Positions 20,897 through 30,356 of a stretch of DNA of 64,000 nucleotides are shown piece after piece (within the stretch, counting starts at the first letter, position 1; each line of letters begins with the position of its first letter). Position numbers and translations under genes: made by a program. The notes under the pieces are model-generated. The model ran no database searches. It was not told the DNA's origin and worked only from the letters and a program-made list of their open reading frames with translations. The DNA lies in the NCBI GenBank assembly GCA_963771885.1, contig CAVYVF010000002.1, positions 192,001 through 256,000 on the forward strand, given 5' to 3'. Source of the DNA: Candidatus Bathyarchaeota archaeon (lineage in GTDB: Archaea; Thermoproteota; Bathyarchaeia; TCS64).

Positions 20897-20945
20897 ATGG
20901 CATACTTTAACGTTCATTTTGGTGAGGCGGGCACTATTTGGGATG
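20897..20945 (-). repeat. About 50-bp imperfect repeat, copy 1 (possible promoter/operator)
   Basis: ATGGCATAC-TTTAA...GGGCACTATTTGGGATG; matches 22125-22174. Confidence 0.55.
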
Positions 20946-21117
20946 CCCTGGGTCACTTAGGGATAGTTTGAGGAATTATTGGTACGTTGTAGCGTGTTTC
21001 GCGCGCGCATGCGCTTTAATCGTCTGAATTTTTAGGCTCACATCGAGTATAATAAAGGGCATGTGCTAAAACACACTGAAGTGGATAAAACCCACTTTAT
21101 CACTGGAGTGAAGAGAC

Positions 21118-21327
21118 ATGAAAGTTGTAAAGATCGTTGAGTTGATAGGAAATTCACCAAATAGCTGGGAAGAGGCCGCTGAAAACGCTATGAAGGAAGC
21201 AGCTAAGACAGTGAGAAACATAAAGGGTGTTGATGTGAAGCGGTTTACTGCGAAGGTAAAAGAAGATAAGATTGTAGAATATCGCGCTGTTGTAAAGATT
21301 GCTTTCGTTGTAGATAGCGAAATTTAA
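21118..21327 (+). CDS. Dodecin-family protein
   Basis: KIVELIGNSPNSWEEAA.NA..EA.KTVRNI...EYRAVVKIAF. Confidence 0.9.
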   Translation: MKVVKIVELIGNSPNSWEEAAENAMKEAAKTVRNIKGVDVKRFTAKVKEDKIVEYRAVVKIAFVVDSEI

Positions 21328-21396
21328 GTAATCTAATTTTTACGCATAAGAGGCAGCTAGATTTCGTTACTCAATTATCCTAACGTCGGTGTCACT

Positions 21397-21894
21397 TTAT
21401 GCTCTCCAAATTCTACAATTTAGGTACTTTTTCTTAGAATATGTCAGGTACCATGACTCACTTCTCTTCTTATCTACGGCGACCTGTATTCTCCTAGCCA
21501 AAAAATCGTAGTGAGCCAGCGATGCATCTTTTCTAACATAGTCGTCGATACCAACGGAAAACGCTTCTTTGGCAACTTCATCACCACCGCGACTCGTATA
21601 GAGTATGTATGGAATATCTTGTTCCCTAATCGTCGAGTGGAGCTGAATTCCGTTCATCTCTGGCATGGCATAGTCGGAGACTACGCAGTCTGGTCGGTGA
21701 GTTTGAAGATGAGTTATTGCTTCAGCGGGGCTTTGTGTTGCAGTCACCTTAATTCTCGGATCGCTGTTTTCAAGATTTAGTTTCGCGAGGGCAAGCTGAT
21801 CTGTTTCATCATCAACCATGAGAACACGAATGTCTTTATCTAAATTATTTTGTTTGATATTGTTTAAGGGTTGAGTATTGCGAAGAGAAATCAT
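21397..21894 (-). CDS. Response-regulator receiver domain protein, possibly truncated
   Basis: VLMVDDE, DCVVSDYAMPEMNG, YILYT, DDYVRK. Confidence 0.85.
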   Translation of the reverse strand: MISLRNTQPLNNIKQNNLDKDIRVLMVDDETDQLALAKLNLENSDPRIKVTATQSPAEAITHLQTHRPDCVVSDYAMPEMNGIQLHSTIREQDIPYILYTSRGGDEVAKEAFSVGIDDYVRKDASLAHYDFLARRIQVAVDKKRSESWYLTYSKKKYLNCRIWRA

Positions 21895-22124
21895 GATTTT
21901 TCTTAGGGAAGCGTGTTATAAGAACTCCTTTCTTTTGCGCACAATTTTTGAAATTATTAAAGTAAGGGTTTATCTTTATGGATTTTCATAAAACTATGCT
22001 AAAGGAACGCCATACTCCCTTAGCCTCCGTAGTAGGGGCCGAAGAGGCCCCGAATACTCACGCCAACTATCACGAAACTGCAAGTAAATTGTTTAAAATC
22101 GGTTAGTTTGCCTTATGCGCGCGC

Positions 22125-22174
22125 ATGGCATACATTTAAAATTATTTTTTTAGGGTGGGCACTATTTTGGGGTG
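22125..22174 (-). repeat. About 50-bp imperfect repeat, copy 2
   Basis: ATGGCATACATTTAA...GGGCACTATTTTGGGGTG. Confidence 0.55.
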
Positions 22175-22276
22175 TTTTGGCGGGCGCAAATGATTAATCT
22201 CTTGAGAAATGGCTGACGTTGTGCGCACACACAAGGATCTGGGGAAGTTGAAATATTGATATTATTATGATTCATC

Positions 22277-22798
22277 CTATTTCTTCGAATTCTTTAGACG
22301 AACCTCTTTCACCTCATCAGGCAACTTTACCTCAATAAAACCCTCAAGCATCATACACACAATATCCTGAATCTGGGTTTCAGATCTCATCGGATAAATA
22401 ACATGAACAAGTTCTTCGATAAAAGAACCGCATAGATTTATGAGGAAATCTACGGATGTATCGCTCCAATGGTCTAAAACGTTGATGTGAACATTGAATC
22501 CCTCGCTTGTTCTCACAACCACTGCTCTTCTATCGGGCTTCTTCCCGAAACACTCTTCCAGTTTTCTAATCAGATCATCCCATTCCTCTTGGCGATAATA
22601 GTAGCTTACCTTTATTTCTGGAAACGTGAATTTCTGCTCTCTATCTAAATATTCTAGAGTATCGGTGAAGACTGTACCCATAAATGTCACTAATTGGTCG
22701 GGTGTGTCAAAGTTCTGGAACTTGTCCAGGTATTTCTCAATTCTGCCTCCTTTAGGCGGTGATGGTATTTCAATTGTCCTATGATCAAAGGGAGGCAT
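22277..22798 (-). CDS. Hypothetical protein with EELVH (zincin-like) motif
   Basis: 173-aa ORF containing FIEELVH. Confidence 0.55.
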   Translation of the reverse strand: MPPFDHRTIEIPSPPKGGRIEKYLDKFQNFDTPDQLVTFMGTVFTDTLEYLDREQKFTFPEIKVSYYYRQEEWDDLIRKLEECFGKKPDRRAVVVRTSEGFNVHINVLDHWSDTSVDFLINLCGSFIEELVHVIYPMRSETQIQDIVCMMLEGFIEVKLPDEVKEVRLKNSKK

Positions 22799-22996
22799 GT
22801 TGATGAGAAAGCGATGGTGGTTAAAGAACTGGGAGGCAACTCGCTAATTGGCGTGCGTAGCTAATACGGTTCTCTCTATTTACGCACGTGCAGTTGCATT
22901 CTCGATACTTGACTACTGCTGAGGAAAGCCAAAGTAAAGAAAACCGCAGACAACCACTTTAAAGCGAGCCGCACGCAGGGTTTCCAAGTTTAGCGC

Positions 22997-23896
22997 TTAA
23001 CAGATCTCTTCTAAGGATAACTTGGATACACTTACCACTGTATCCGCAGCCCCGTAGGAGATCAAGATATCGTTCCCGCGACGAATCGCGCCACAGCTGA
23101 ATACGACATTTGGAATGAACCCATTACATTCATAGTCCGTTTGTGGCTCGAAGATTGGCTCAAGAGATCTATACAATATCTTCTCAGGGTTGCCCTTCTC
23201 AAGCAATAGTGCGCCCAGTCTATAGACCCTGTTCTGGTCTACGCCGTGGTATATCTGCAACCACCCCTCATCAAGTTCAATCGGTGGCCCGGCTATTCCA
23301 ACTCTTAAGCAGTCCCAGCTGTTTTCCCTTGGAGTCATAACGATCTTCGAATTATTCCAGTTTTGCATATCATCTGAGTAGGCGATACATAGGTTGGGGT
23401 CTATTCTATGAAAAAGTACGGACTTTCCACCAATCTTTACTGGGAACAATGCACTGTTTTTGTTAGTGATATTTGGGAATGGGTATATCCTCTCTTCCCA
23501 ATCCCAATTTTTCGCCATTAGATCCCTGGACTTTATTGAGGTAATCCCGATCTGTGCCGTTTGCGCGTAGGCTGTATACGTCATATAACACCGATCCTCC
23601 ACTATTGTCACCCGAGGGTCCTCAACGCCCCTAATCTCTGAGGGATTTTTAGGTTCAAAAACTGGATAATCCAGCCGCTCATCAATGTGTTGGCCATCGA
23701 GAGAGGATGCATAACCCAGTCGGGAGACCATGTCATTCCCCATAGCTCTATATAAAAAGTGAACCCTGCCTCCGAGCTCGAACATCGCAGGGTTGAAGAC
23801 AAGCTTGGACTCCCAGCTATGTTCAGGGATCGGTTTCAGTATGGGATTGCCCTCGAAACGTGAAGCGACATAACGTTTAGTTTGATATTCCATCAA
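22997..23896 (-). CDS. GH130-family glycosidase/mannoside phosphorylase
   Basis: GNPIL, VFNPA, GVEDPRV, NKNSALFP, YHGV, NVVFSCG, YGAAD. Confidence 0.9.
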   Translation of the reverse strand: MMEYQTKRYVASRFEGNPILKPIPEHSWESKLVFNPAMFELGGRVHFLYRAMGNDMVSRLGYASSLDGQHIDERLDYPVFEPKNPSEIRGVEDPRVTIVEDRCYMTYTAYAQTAQIGITSIKSRDLMAKNWDWEERIYPFPNITNKNSALFPVKIGGKSVLFHRIDPNLCIAYSDDMQNWNNSKIVMTPRENSWDCLRVGIAGPPIELDEGWLQIYHGVDQNRVYRLGALLLEKGNPEKILYRSLEPIFEPQTDYECNGFIPNVVFSCGAIRRGNDILISYGAADTVVSVSKLSLEEIC

Positions 23897-24058
23897 GACT
23901 TACAGAACTCCTAATATGTATCCAGTTAATAAAACCCTGGGACAATTGGTTCTAACATGAATCATCGCTCTTATATAAATTGACTCAACGCACTTGTAGA
24001 CACTAGTTTTTGAAGCAAATAAAAAAGGTGTTAATACAAAGATGTATTAAAGTTACTT

Positions 24059-25663
24059 ATGGATAAAGCGAATACATACTTTAAAACCCTCTTCGACTTA
24101 CCGGTTTTAAACAGCACCGATTTAGAGCCTCCCACGATTTCTCAAGTCGAATCAGTCTCAAGACTGATTGATCTGCTGGTTACCCACGAAACAGGCGCGG
24201 TGATTGTGACAGAAGGCGAAAAACCCGTTGGCATAGTAACTGAAAAGGACATTGTTGAAAGGGTTCTAGGCCGCGGGAGAGACCTCGAAAGCACTCGGGT
24301 CGAAGAAATCATGTCCTCTCCCTTTGTATGTATAGAGTCTAATAAGTCGGTTAAAGAGGCCATTGAACTATTAAGGGAGAAAAATATCCAAAAACTAGGC
24401 GTAGTAGAAAAAGGGAAACTGATAGGTCTGACGACTGAGAGGAGGCTGCTTAACCTTGCACACGACACATACCTGGATGGAATCCAGGAAAGAGACGTAG
24501 ACGAAATCTATACCCCAAACGACAAACCCATCATTGCCTACCTAAGCACTTATCCTCCTCGCGAATGTGGAATCGCGACATTCACCTATGATTTAGTCGA
24601 CTCCATAAACCGCCAAGGCGCCCTATCTCCCCCCATGATTATCGCCATAAATGATGAGGGCGAATACTATGACTACCCCAACGAAGTCAAGTTACAGGTA
24701 GAAAGAGATGAGCGAGAGAGCTACAGAGCCGTGGCATCAAGGATCAACAACTCCGGCATCAATGCGGTGAATATTCAACACGAATATGGCCTGTTTGGCG
24801 GGTCCTGGGGAGATTACCTCCTGACATTCGCGGAAGAGTTGAAGAAGCCCCTAATCACAACCCTCCACACCATACTCCCGGAGCCTAACACGGATGCGGA
24901 GCGGGTTCTAAAAGAAATCATGGGATTTAGCGACAGGATAATAGTCTTGGCCAAAGCGGGATCCAAAATTTTAATCGAGCGCTACGGTGTCCCGACGGAA
25001 AAGATAAGATACATTCCACATGGCTGTCCAAATGTTCCCTTCATTAAAAGCAAAACACCCAAGATTGGTCTAGGGCTTAAGAATCGGTACATACTATCCA
25101 CTTTTGGACTCATCAGCAGTGGAAAGGGAATAGAGTACGCAATCAAAGCTATGCCCGAGATAATCTCGGCTGAACCACGAGTGCTCTACATCATAATCGG
25201 TGAGACGCATCCAGAAGTGAGGAAACATGAGGGCGAATCCTATCGACAATCATTATACGATTTGGTGGATTCTCTCGACATTGAACAGAATGTAAGATTT
25301 GTCAACCGTTTCCTAAATAAAATCGACCTGATCAGGTTTCTGCAGGCAACGGACACATATGTTCTACCCTATCCGAATAGGGACCAGATAAGCAGCGGTA
25401 CAATGCTCTACGCGCTATGTACCGGAAAAGCCATAGTAACAACCCCCTTTCTACACGCAGAGGAGGTTATAGATCAGGGAGCTGCCCTACGATGCGAGTT
25501 TAAAGACCCTCACTCAATCGCTGAATGCGTAAACACCCTCATCAAAGATGACGCAATGAAGGCGAAGTTTGAGAGAAGGGCATATGAAACTAGCCGCGAA
25601 ATGATCTGGCCTAGCGTCGCCATGAAATACATCAACGAATTCTACAAGGACCTCGGAATGTGA
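24059..25663 (+). CDS. CBS-pair domain fused to a GT4 glycosyltransferase
   Basis: PVGIVTEKDI CBS pair, then STYPPRECGIATFT, QHEYGLFGG, IPHG, GKGIE, SSGT. Confidence 0.88.
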   Translation: MDKANTYFKTLFDLPVLNSTDLEPPTISQVESVSRLIDLLVTHETGAVIVTEGEKPVGIVTEKDIVERVLGRGRDLESTRVEEIMSSPFVCIESNKSVKEAIELLREKNIQKLGVVEKGKLIGLTTERRLLNLAHDTYLDGIQERDVDEIYTPNDKPIIAYLSTYPPRECGIATFTYDLVDSINRQGALSPPMIIAINDEGEYYDYPNEVKLQVERDERESYRAVASRINNSGINAVNIQHEYGLFGGSWGDYLLTFAEELKKPLITTLHTILPEPNTDAERVLKEIMGFSDRIIVLAKAGSKILIERYGVPTEKIRYIPHGCPNVPFIKSKTPKIGLGLKNRYILSTFGLISSGKGIEYAIKAMPEIISAEPRVLYIIIGETHPEVRKHEGESYRQSLYDLVDSLDIEQNVRFVNRFLNKIDLIRFLQATDTYVLPYPNRDQISSGTMLYALCTGKAIVTTPFLHAEEVIDQGAALRCEFKDPHSIAECVNTLIKDDAMKAKFERRAYETSREMIWPSVAMKYINEFYKDLGM

Positions 25664-25667
25664 CAAA

Positions 25668-26702
25668 ATTTGGACTGAACTAAACAGACTGAGTGGACTC
25701 CGACTCTTCACAGATGAAATGGGCATACTTCAACACTCAATGTTCGGCGTAATCGACAGAAGACATGGATACACGACAGATGACAACGCCAGGGCCCTCG
25801 TGGCCTCAGTGCGCTTTCATAATAGATTCGGCGGAGAGGAAGCCACTCACCTTGCCAAGAGATACCTCGAATTTCTCCTCTACATGCACATAAATGGGGG
25901 CGGACTTCACAACCGTGTCCAATACGATAAGCAGTATCTGGACGAGGTAGGAACCGAAGACAGCATCGGTCAAGCACTTTGGGCAACGGGCAGCGCATTG
26001 AATTCAAGTCTGCCCCTATCTCTGAAACAGTTATCGAAGTGGCTATTTAATGAAAGCCTACCCATTGCCCGGGGTTTCACCTCCCCGAGGGCGAAGGCTT
26101 TCACCCTTCTCGGTTTATGTGAATACTCACGGGCTTACCCCGACGATGAAAATCTACTAAAGGACTTGAACCAATTTTCGGATTTTCTGGTTCAGAAATA
26201 TTTCGATGCAATGTCGCCCGAGTGGCAGTGGTTCGAGCCATACATAACATATGCGAACGCCAGAATACCCCAAGCACTTATCGAATCTTATCAAATCCTG
26301 AAAAACCCGCGGCATCTTCAAGTAGCAAAAAAAACCCTCGACTTTCTAATCGACTTGCAGTTTGAAAACGGGATCTTCATTCCAATAGGAACAGATGGAT
26401 GGTATCACAAAGGGAAACAAAAAGCGGTTTATGATCAACAACCCATAGAATCTGCCTGCATGACCGAAGCTGCCTTTTTAGCTGCAGAGATCTTTGACGA
26501 CGAAAAATATGGACAGAGAGGGCACGAAGCTTTCCTATGGTTTAAGGGAAAAAACATATCTCGGCTGGCACTAGTTGATACAAATGACTACACCTGTTAC
26601 GATGGCTTGACTCCTAAGGGTGTGAATCAAAATAAAGGTGCTGAGTCATTGATCTCATATCTCTTAGCTGAATTATCTCTGCCCAGTTCTAAGGGCCCTT
26701 AA
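25668..26702 (+). CDS. Glycosidase-like alpha/alpha-barrel protein, the usual partner of this GT4 type; start uncertain
   Basis: TDEMGILQHS, GYTTDDNARAL, WFE.YITY.NA, DQQPIE, CYDGL, NQNKGAES; frame open upstream of the ATG at 25719. Confidence 0.8.
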   Translation: MWTELNRLSGLRLFTDEMGILQHSMFGVIDRRHGYTTDDNARALVASVRFHNRFGGEEATHLAKRYLEFLLYMHINGGGLHNRVQYDKQYLDEVGTEDSIGQALWATGSALNSSLPLSLKQLSKWLFNESLPIARGFTSPRAKAFTLLGLCEYSRAYPDDENLLKDLNQFSDFLVQKYFDAMSPEWQWFEPYITYANARIPQALIESYQILKNPRHLQVAKKTLDFLIDLQFENGIFIPIGTDGWYHKGKQKAVYDQQPIESACMTEAAFLAAEIFDDEKYGQRGHEAFLWFKGKNISRLALVDTNDYTCYDGLTPKGVNQNKGAESLISYLLAELSLPSSKGP

Positions 26703-26780
26703 TGAGTGCGCACATAAGGCCTATTTATATGCACATTTTTATCTCAGATTTCCGCGGAAATGAGGAGTCTTAAAAAGATT

Positions 26781-27431
26781 TTATTGCGTGGCCTGCGTCG
26801 TCGAGTTTCCTCTAAGGAAAAGCGCCAACACAAACCCAGCCACAAACCCGCCAATATGAGCCATATAGGCTACGCCGCCCGTTTCCGCCGAATTGGCGAT
26901 TGAGCCGATGCCGCTGAAGAACTGAAGAACGATCCAGAGCCCTATCACAATCAAGGCAGGTACCTGAGTCACAACTCGACCCTGCAACACCCTCACCTTT
27001 CCCTGAGGGAACAACAAGACATACGCGCCAAGCACCCCCGCTATCGCCCCTGAAGCCCCCAGATTCGGGATATCTGACCCTAGACTAAACGCTAGCTGAG
27101 CAAACGTCGCCCCCAATCCGCAGATCAGATAGAAGACTGTGAACTTGACGCTTCCGAAGCGGTCTTCCACATTGTCGCCGAAGATCCATAGGTAGAGCAT
27201 GTTTCCCCCGAGGTGAACCCACCCCGCGTGCATGAACATTGATGTGAGGAGCGTCATTGAATCGCCGATAGGGTCGGCTAGGAAGCGGCTGGGGATGAAG
27301 GCCCACTTAATGATGAAGGCGTCTCCCCCACTCAGTTCAACGAAGAAAAATAGGACGTTCAGGGCGATTAATGCATATGTAACGAGTGGAACGGTTTTAC
27401 GGGCGCTGTCATCGTCGCCGATAGGCATCAT
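26781..27431 (-). CDS. Rhomboid intramembrane protease
   Basis: SMFMHAGWVHLGGNM, GASGA, AHIGG. Confidence 0.93.
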   Translation of the reverse strand: MMPIGDDDSARKTVPLVTYALIALNVLFFFVELSGGDAFIIKWAFIPSRFLADPIGDSMTLLTSMFMHAGWVHLGGNMLYLWIFGDNVEDRFGSVKFTVFYLICGLGATFAQLAFSLGSDIPNLGASGAIAGVLGAYVLLFPQGKVRVLQGRVVTQVPALIVIGLWIVLQFFSGIGSIANSAETGGVAYMAHIGGFVAGFVLALFLRGNSTTQATQ

Positions 27432-27699
27432 AGAGAATCAATTGTTTGTTTGTAAGCTTAGTTAATAGAGGTTCTTTCCTTCTAGCGCATAAAGTAATTG
27501 CAGCCTCTGTATGGTGATAAAGCGCGCCTCCCGGTACTCGGTGGACACGCGCATTATTTTGGGGGCCAGGGTCTGGATCAGGTCTAGGGCTTGGCATTGG
27601 ATCCGGGGTTGGATTGGGGTTAGGATCTGGGGTCGGGTTGGGCGTGGGGTCGGGTGTATTCGGATTAGGGTTAGGATTTGGTTTCAGATCTGGACACAT
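27409..27699 (-). CDS. Possible Pro/Asn/Asp-rich low-complexity peptide
   Basis: (PN/PD/PT)n encoded by degenerate hexamers at about 27560-27685; purine-rich SD-like sequence upstream. Confidence 0.4.
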   Translation of the reverse strand: MCPDLKPNPNPNPNTPDPTPNPTPDPNPNPTPDPMPSPRPDPDPGPQNNARVHRVPGGALYHHTEAAITLCARRKEPLLTKLTNKQLILYDAYRRR

Positions 27700-28113
27700 A
27701 TCTTATCCTTCCCTATACTAACTTGTTCAAAAACATGGGTGCGCGTGCGGAGTATGGCGTTCCATTAGCAATAATTTATGAAAACCCATGAAGGCAAACC
27801 CTTACCATCGCGAGCGAATGAAGTGGAAAAACGGCTCGCGTCGTTTCTCATGAAAGCGCCCCTAGCTTTCGATTGAATGAGTGACCAGCTCTGTGCATAT
27901 CCTTTAGGGATGCTGAGATGCGCGCGCGGTCTCGGACCAGGACTTTATTATTGTCGAATGGCTCTGGAGGCGCATGGAGGGCGAATAGATTTTACTTCCA
28001 AGCTTGGGCAGGGAACAACCTTCATAATAATAATACCCATTGAATAAATCGCCCTGTGCACAAGTAACACTAGTTTATATCGTTTCATTCCAATAGATCA
28101 TATAGCGGATTAA

Positions 28114-29034
28114 ATGTATCAAAATAGTATGATTTCTGTCGTTGTACCCGCTTATAATGAAGAGTTACTCATAGAGCAAACTTTAGAATCGATACCAGAT
28201 TACATCGATAAAATATATGCAGTTGACGATGGATCATATGATGACACCTATAATATAATTAAAAAAACATCGATTAAAGATAATAGAATAATTCCATTAA
28301 AACATGAGATAAATAAAGGGGTTGGTGCAGCGATTATTACCGGGTATAAAAAAAGTGTAGATGATAACGTTGACGTAGCTGTAGTCATGGCGGGAGATTA
28401 TCAGATGGATCAAACTCAAATACCCAAATTAATCGAACCAATTATAGAAGGAAATGCGGATTATACCAAGGGAAATAGATTAACGAATAATACCGATATG
28501 AAAGGTATGAGTATATTTAGACGGTTTGGAAACGAGTTATTATCTATACTCACAAAAATCTCGTCAGGTTATTATGATATTATGGATCCTCAAAACGGCT
28601 ATGCGGCGATTTCTAGACAGGCACTTACTACCATCGAGTTAGATGAGATCTATCCAAAATATGGATACTGTAACGATATTTTAGTAAAGTTAAACGTATT
28701 TGATCTTAGGGTGAAGGATGTCCCTATACCGGCTCGATACGGTTCAGAAAAATCAAAGATAAAATATGGGAGATATATAATGAATGTCTCCTGGTTGCTT
28801 TTCGGAAATTTTTTGTACAGACTAAAGATGAAGTACATCTATCAGGATCTAAGTCTGATTCCTTTTCTTTTTATATTTGGTGCTTTATTAATGCCTCTTG
28901 GAATGTTCTCTATGTTTTATAATAACTTCACATTGTTTTCAAATGCGTTTTCTTTACCTATTATTATCCTAAGTATACTATTTGTTTTAATTGCATTAAT
29001 GCTTGATATTAAAAATAGCAGAAATATTCACTAG
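28114..29034 (+). CDS. GT2 glycosyltransferase (DPM1-like) with C-terminal TM helices
   Basis: VVVPAYNEE, VDDGS, NKGVGAA, DPQNGY; markedly AT-rich. Confidence 0.9.
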   Translation: MYQNSMISVVVPAYNEELLIEQTLESIPDYIDKIYAVDDGSYDDTYNIIKKTSIKDNRIIPLKHEINKGVGAAIITGYKKSVDDNVDVAVVMAGDYQMDQTQIPKLIEPIIEGNADYTKGNRLTNNTDMKGMSIFRRFGNELLSILTKISSGYYDIMDPQNGYAAISRQALTTIELDEIYPKYGYCNDILVKLNVFDLRVKDVPIPARYGSEKSKIKYGRYIMNVSWLLFGNFLYRLKMKYIYQDLSLIPFLFIFGALLMPLGMFSMFYNNFTLFSNAFSLPIIILSILFVLIALMLDIKNSRNIH

Positions 29035-29061
29035 CACATGCAAATCGCCTCGTGTGAAATT

Positions 29062-29583
29062 TTATATCGGTACCTCACTTACAGTAAAGACCAATTCAGC
29101 GAGTTTGGCAGCCTCTCTGGTGAAGTCCTCCTCACCCAGATCGATCCAATTTGGACCGGTAATTACTCCCCTTAGATAAATGGTCGTGACAAACCTAGAC
29201 CCCCTCTCCACAACCTTACTCCGCAGCTTATCAACGGCTTTGGGGTTTGTTTCGTCGGCACCAACTAATCCCAAGATAACTCGTTTTCCGCGGAGATCGA
29301 TCTGTTCAAGGAATTCAATCATGGATGACGGAGGTTTCCCCTTCGATACGGCTGTTAGTAATATTATAGGGTCAAATTCAACAATAGCCGCGTTGGCTTT
29401 TGTTAGTTCTTCTTCTGCATGCGAATAGCGTCTGATCCTTAGCTTGTCTCTCCAGTCTCCGGGCTCAACTATTTTTCTGCTTTCGGCTTTGATTGTTGGT
29501 AGAACGATCTCCGCTATCTTGGCTGTTCTGCCTGTTTTGCTATAATAGAAGATGAGGGGCTGTAGAATTATGGTGCTCGACAA
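29062..29583 (-). CDS. Flavodoxin-like protein
   Basis: IFYYSKTGRTAKIA phosphate-binding loop. Confidence 0.7.
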   Translation of the reverse strand: MSSTIILQPLIFYYSKTGRTAKIAEIVLPTIKAESRKIVEPGDWRDKLRIRRYSHAEEELTKANAAIVEFDPIILLTAVSKGKPPSSMIEFLEQIDLRGKRVILGLVGADETNPKAVDKLRSKVVERGSRFVTTIYLRGVITGPNWIDLGEEDFTREAAKLAELVFTVSEVPI

Positions 29584-29730
29584 AGTTTAATCCCATAAAT
29601 TATCTTTGAACCTTTTTTAATAAATGTTAACCCATTTTACGCGGGAATTTTTTCGTATTTTCACATAAATTCCTGTGTGCGATTAGCCAGCTCAATTTCC
29701 TTCATTTATTAGCAGCGGTATTTCGCGCGC

Positions 29731-29884
29731 GACGAAGTAGAGGGAAGAGGAAAGAAAATCAAGGGACAGATCCGTGAAGAGATAGGTAAGATTTCGGATA
29801 ATAAAACGGAACCTCAAAGGAAAGATCGAGCAAGTCGAGGGAAAAGTGCAAGTCGAGAAAATCAAGAGAAGGGTCAAAGAATAG
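29731..29884 (+). pseudogene. CsbD-family stress protein remnant
   Basis: DEVEGRGKKIKGQIREEIGKISDNKTE, frameshift, LKGKIEQVEGKVQ...*; no start codon; begins right after CGCGCGC. Confidence 0.6.
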
Positions 29885-29990
29885 AACCCTTCAATCGCCA
29901 TTCCGCTCGATTAGCATGCGCGCGCGCTCACAAATAGATAAAGGTAAAACAGAGGAGAACGAGATCATGCGCCTAAATGAGATATGGGTG

Positions 29991-30356
29991 CTAGAAGCTT
30001 ATTACGGCGTCAGCCTCTAGGAGAAGATCATTGAGTGTTGCCGCACCTACGATACCAGCGTCGCTCACAAAGCTACCCCTAGGAAGATTAAACAGCATAC
30101 AGCTCTGCTCACAAACCATAAGCTTCACACCGGCTTTAACCGCTTGATCCATGACCTCCTTCAGGCTCGGAAATCCCCCGATCTTTATCTTCTCGGCCTC
30201 ACCGGTTTTTACCACTGTAATTCCCTTTATTATGAAGTAGATTGTGGCTTCTATGCTCATGGCCGCGGCTGTTGAACCGAGGATGAAAGGTGCGTAAAGT
30301 CTCTCGGGTGTGTCTATTCCGCTTGTTTGGACGTAGAGTATCTTCTTCTTTACCAT
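29991..30356 (-). CDS. DsrE/F-like protein
   Basis: PERLYAPF, GVKLMVCEQS, IVGAATL. Confidence 0.85.
   Translation of the reverse strand: MVKKKILYVQTSGIDTPERLYAPFILGSTAAAMSIEATIYFIIKGITVVKTGEAEKIKIGGFPSLKEVMDQAVKAGVKLMVCEQSCMLFNLPRGSFVSDAGIVGAATLNDLLLEADAVISF

Noticed and set aside
27560..27690. Hexamer repeats as a CRISPR array or telomere-like repeat
   Set aside because: No repeat-spacer structure and no cas genes; the degeneracy fits Pro-X codons
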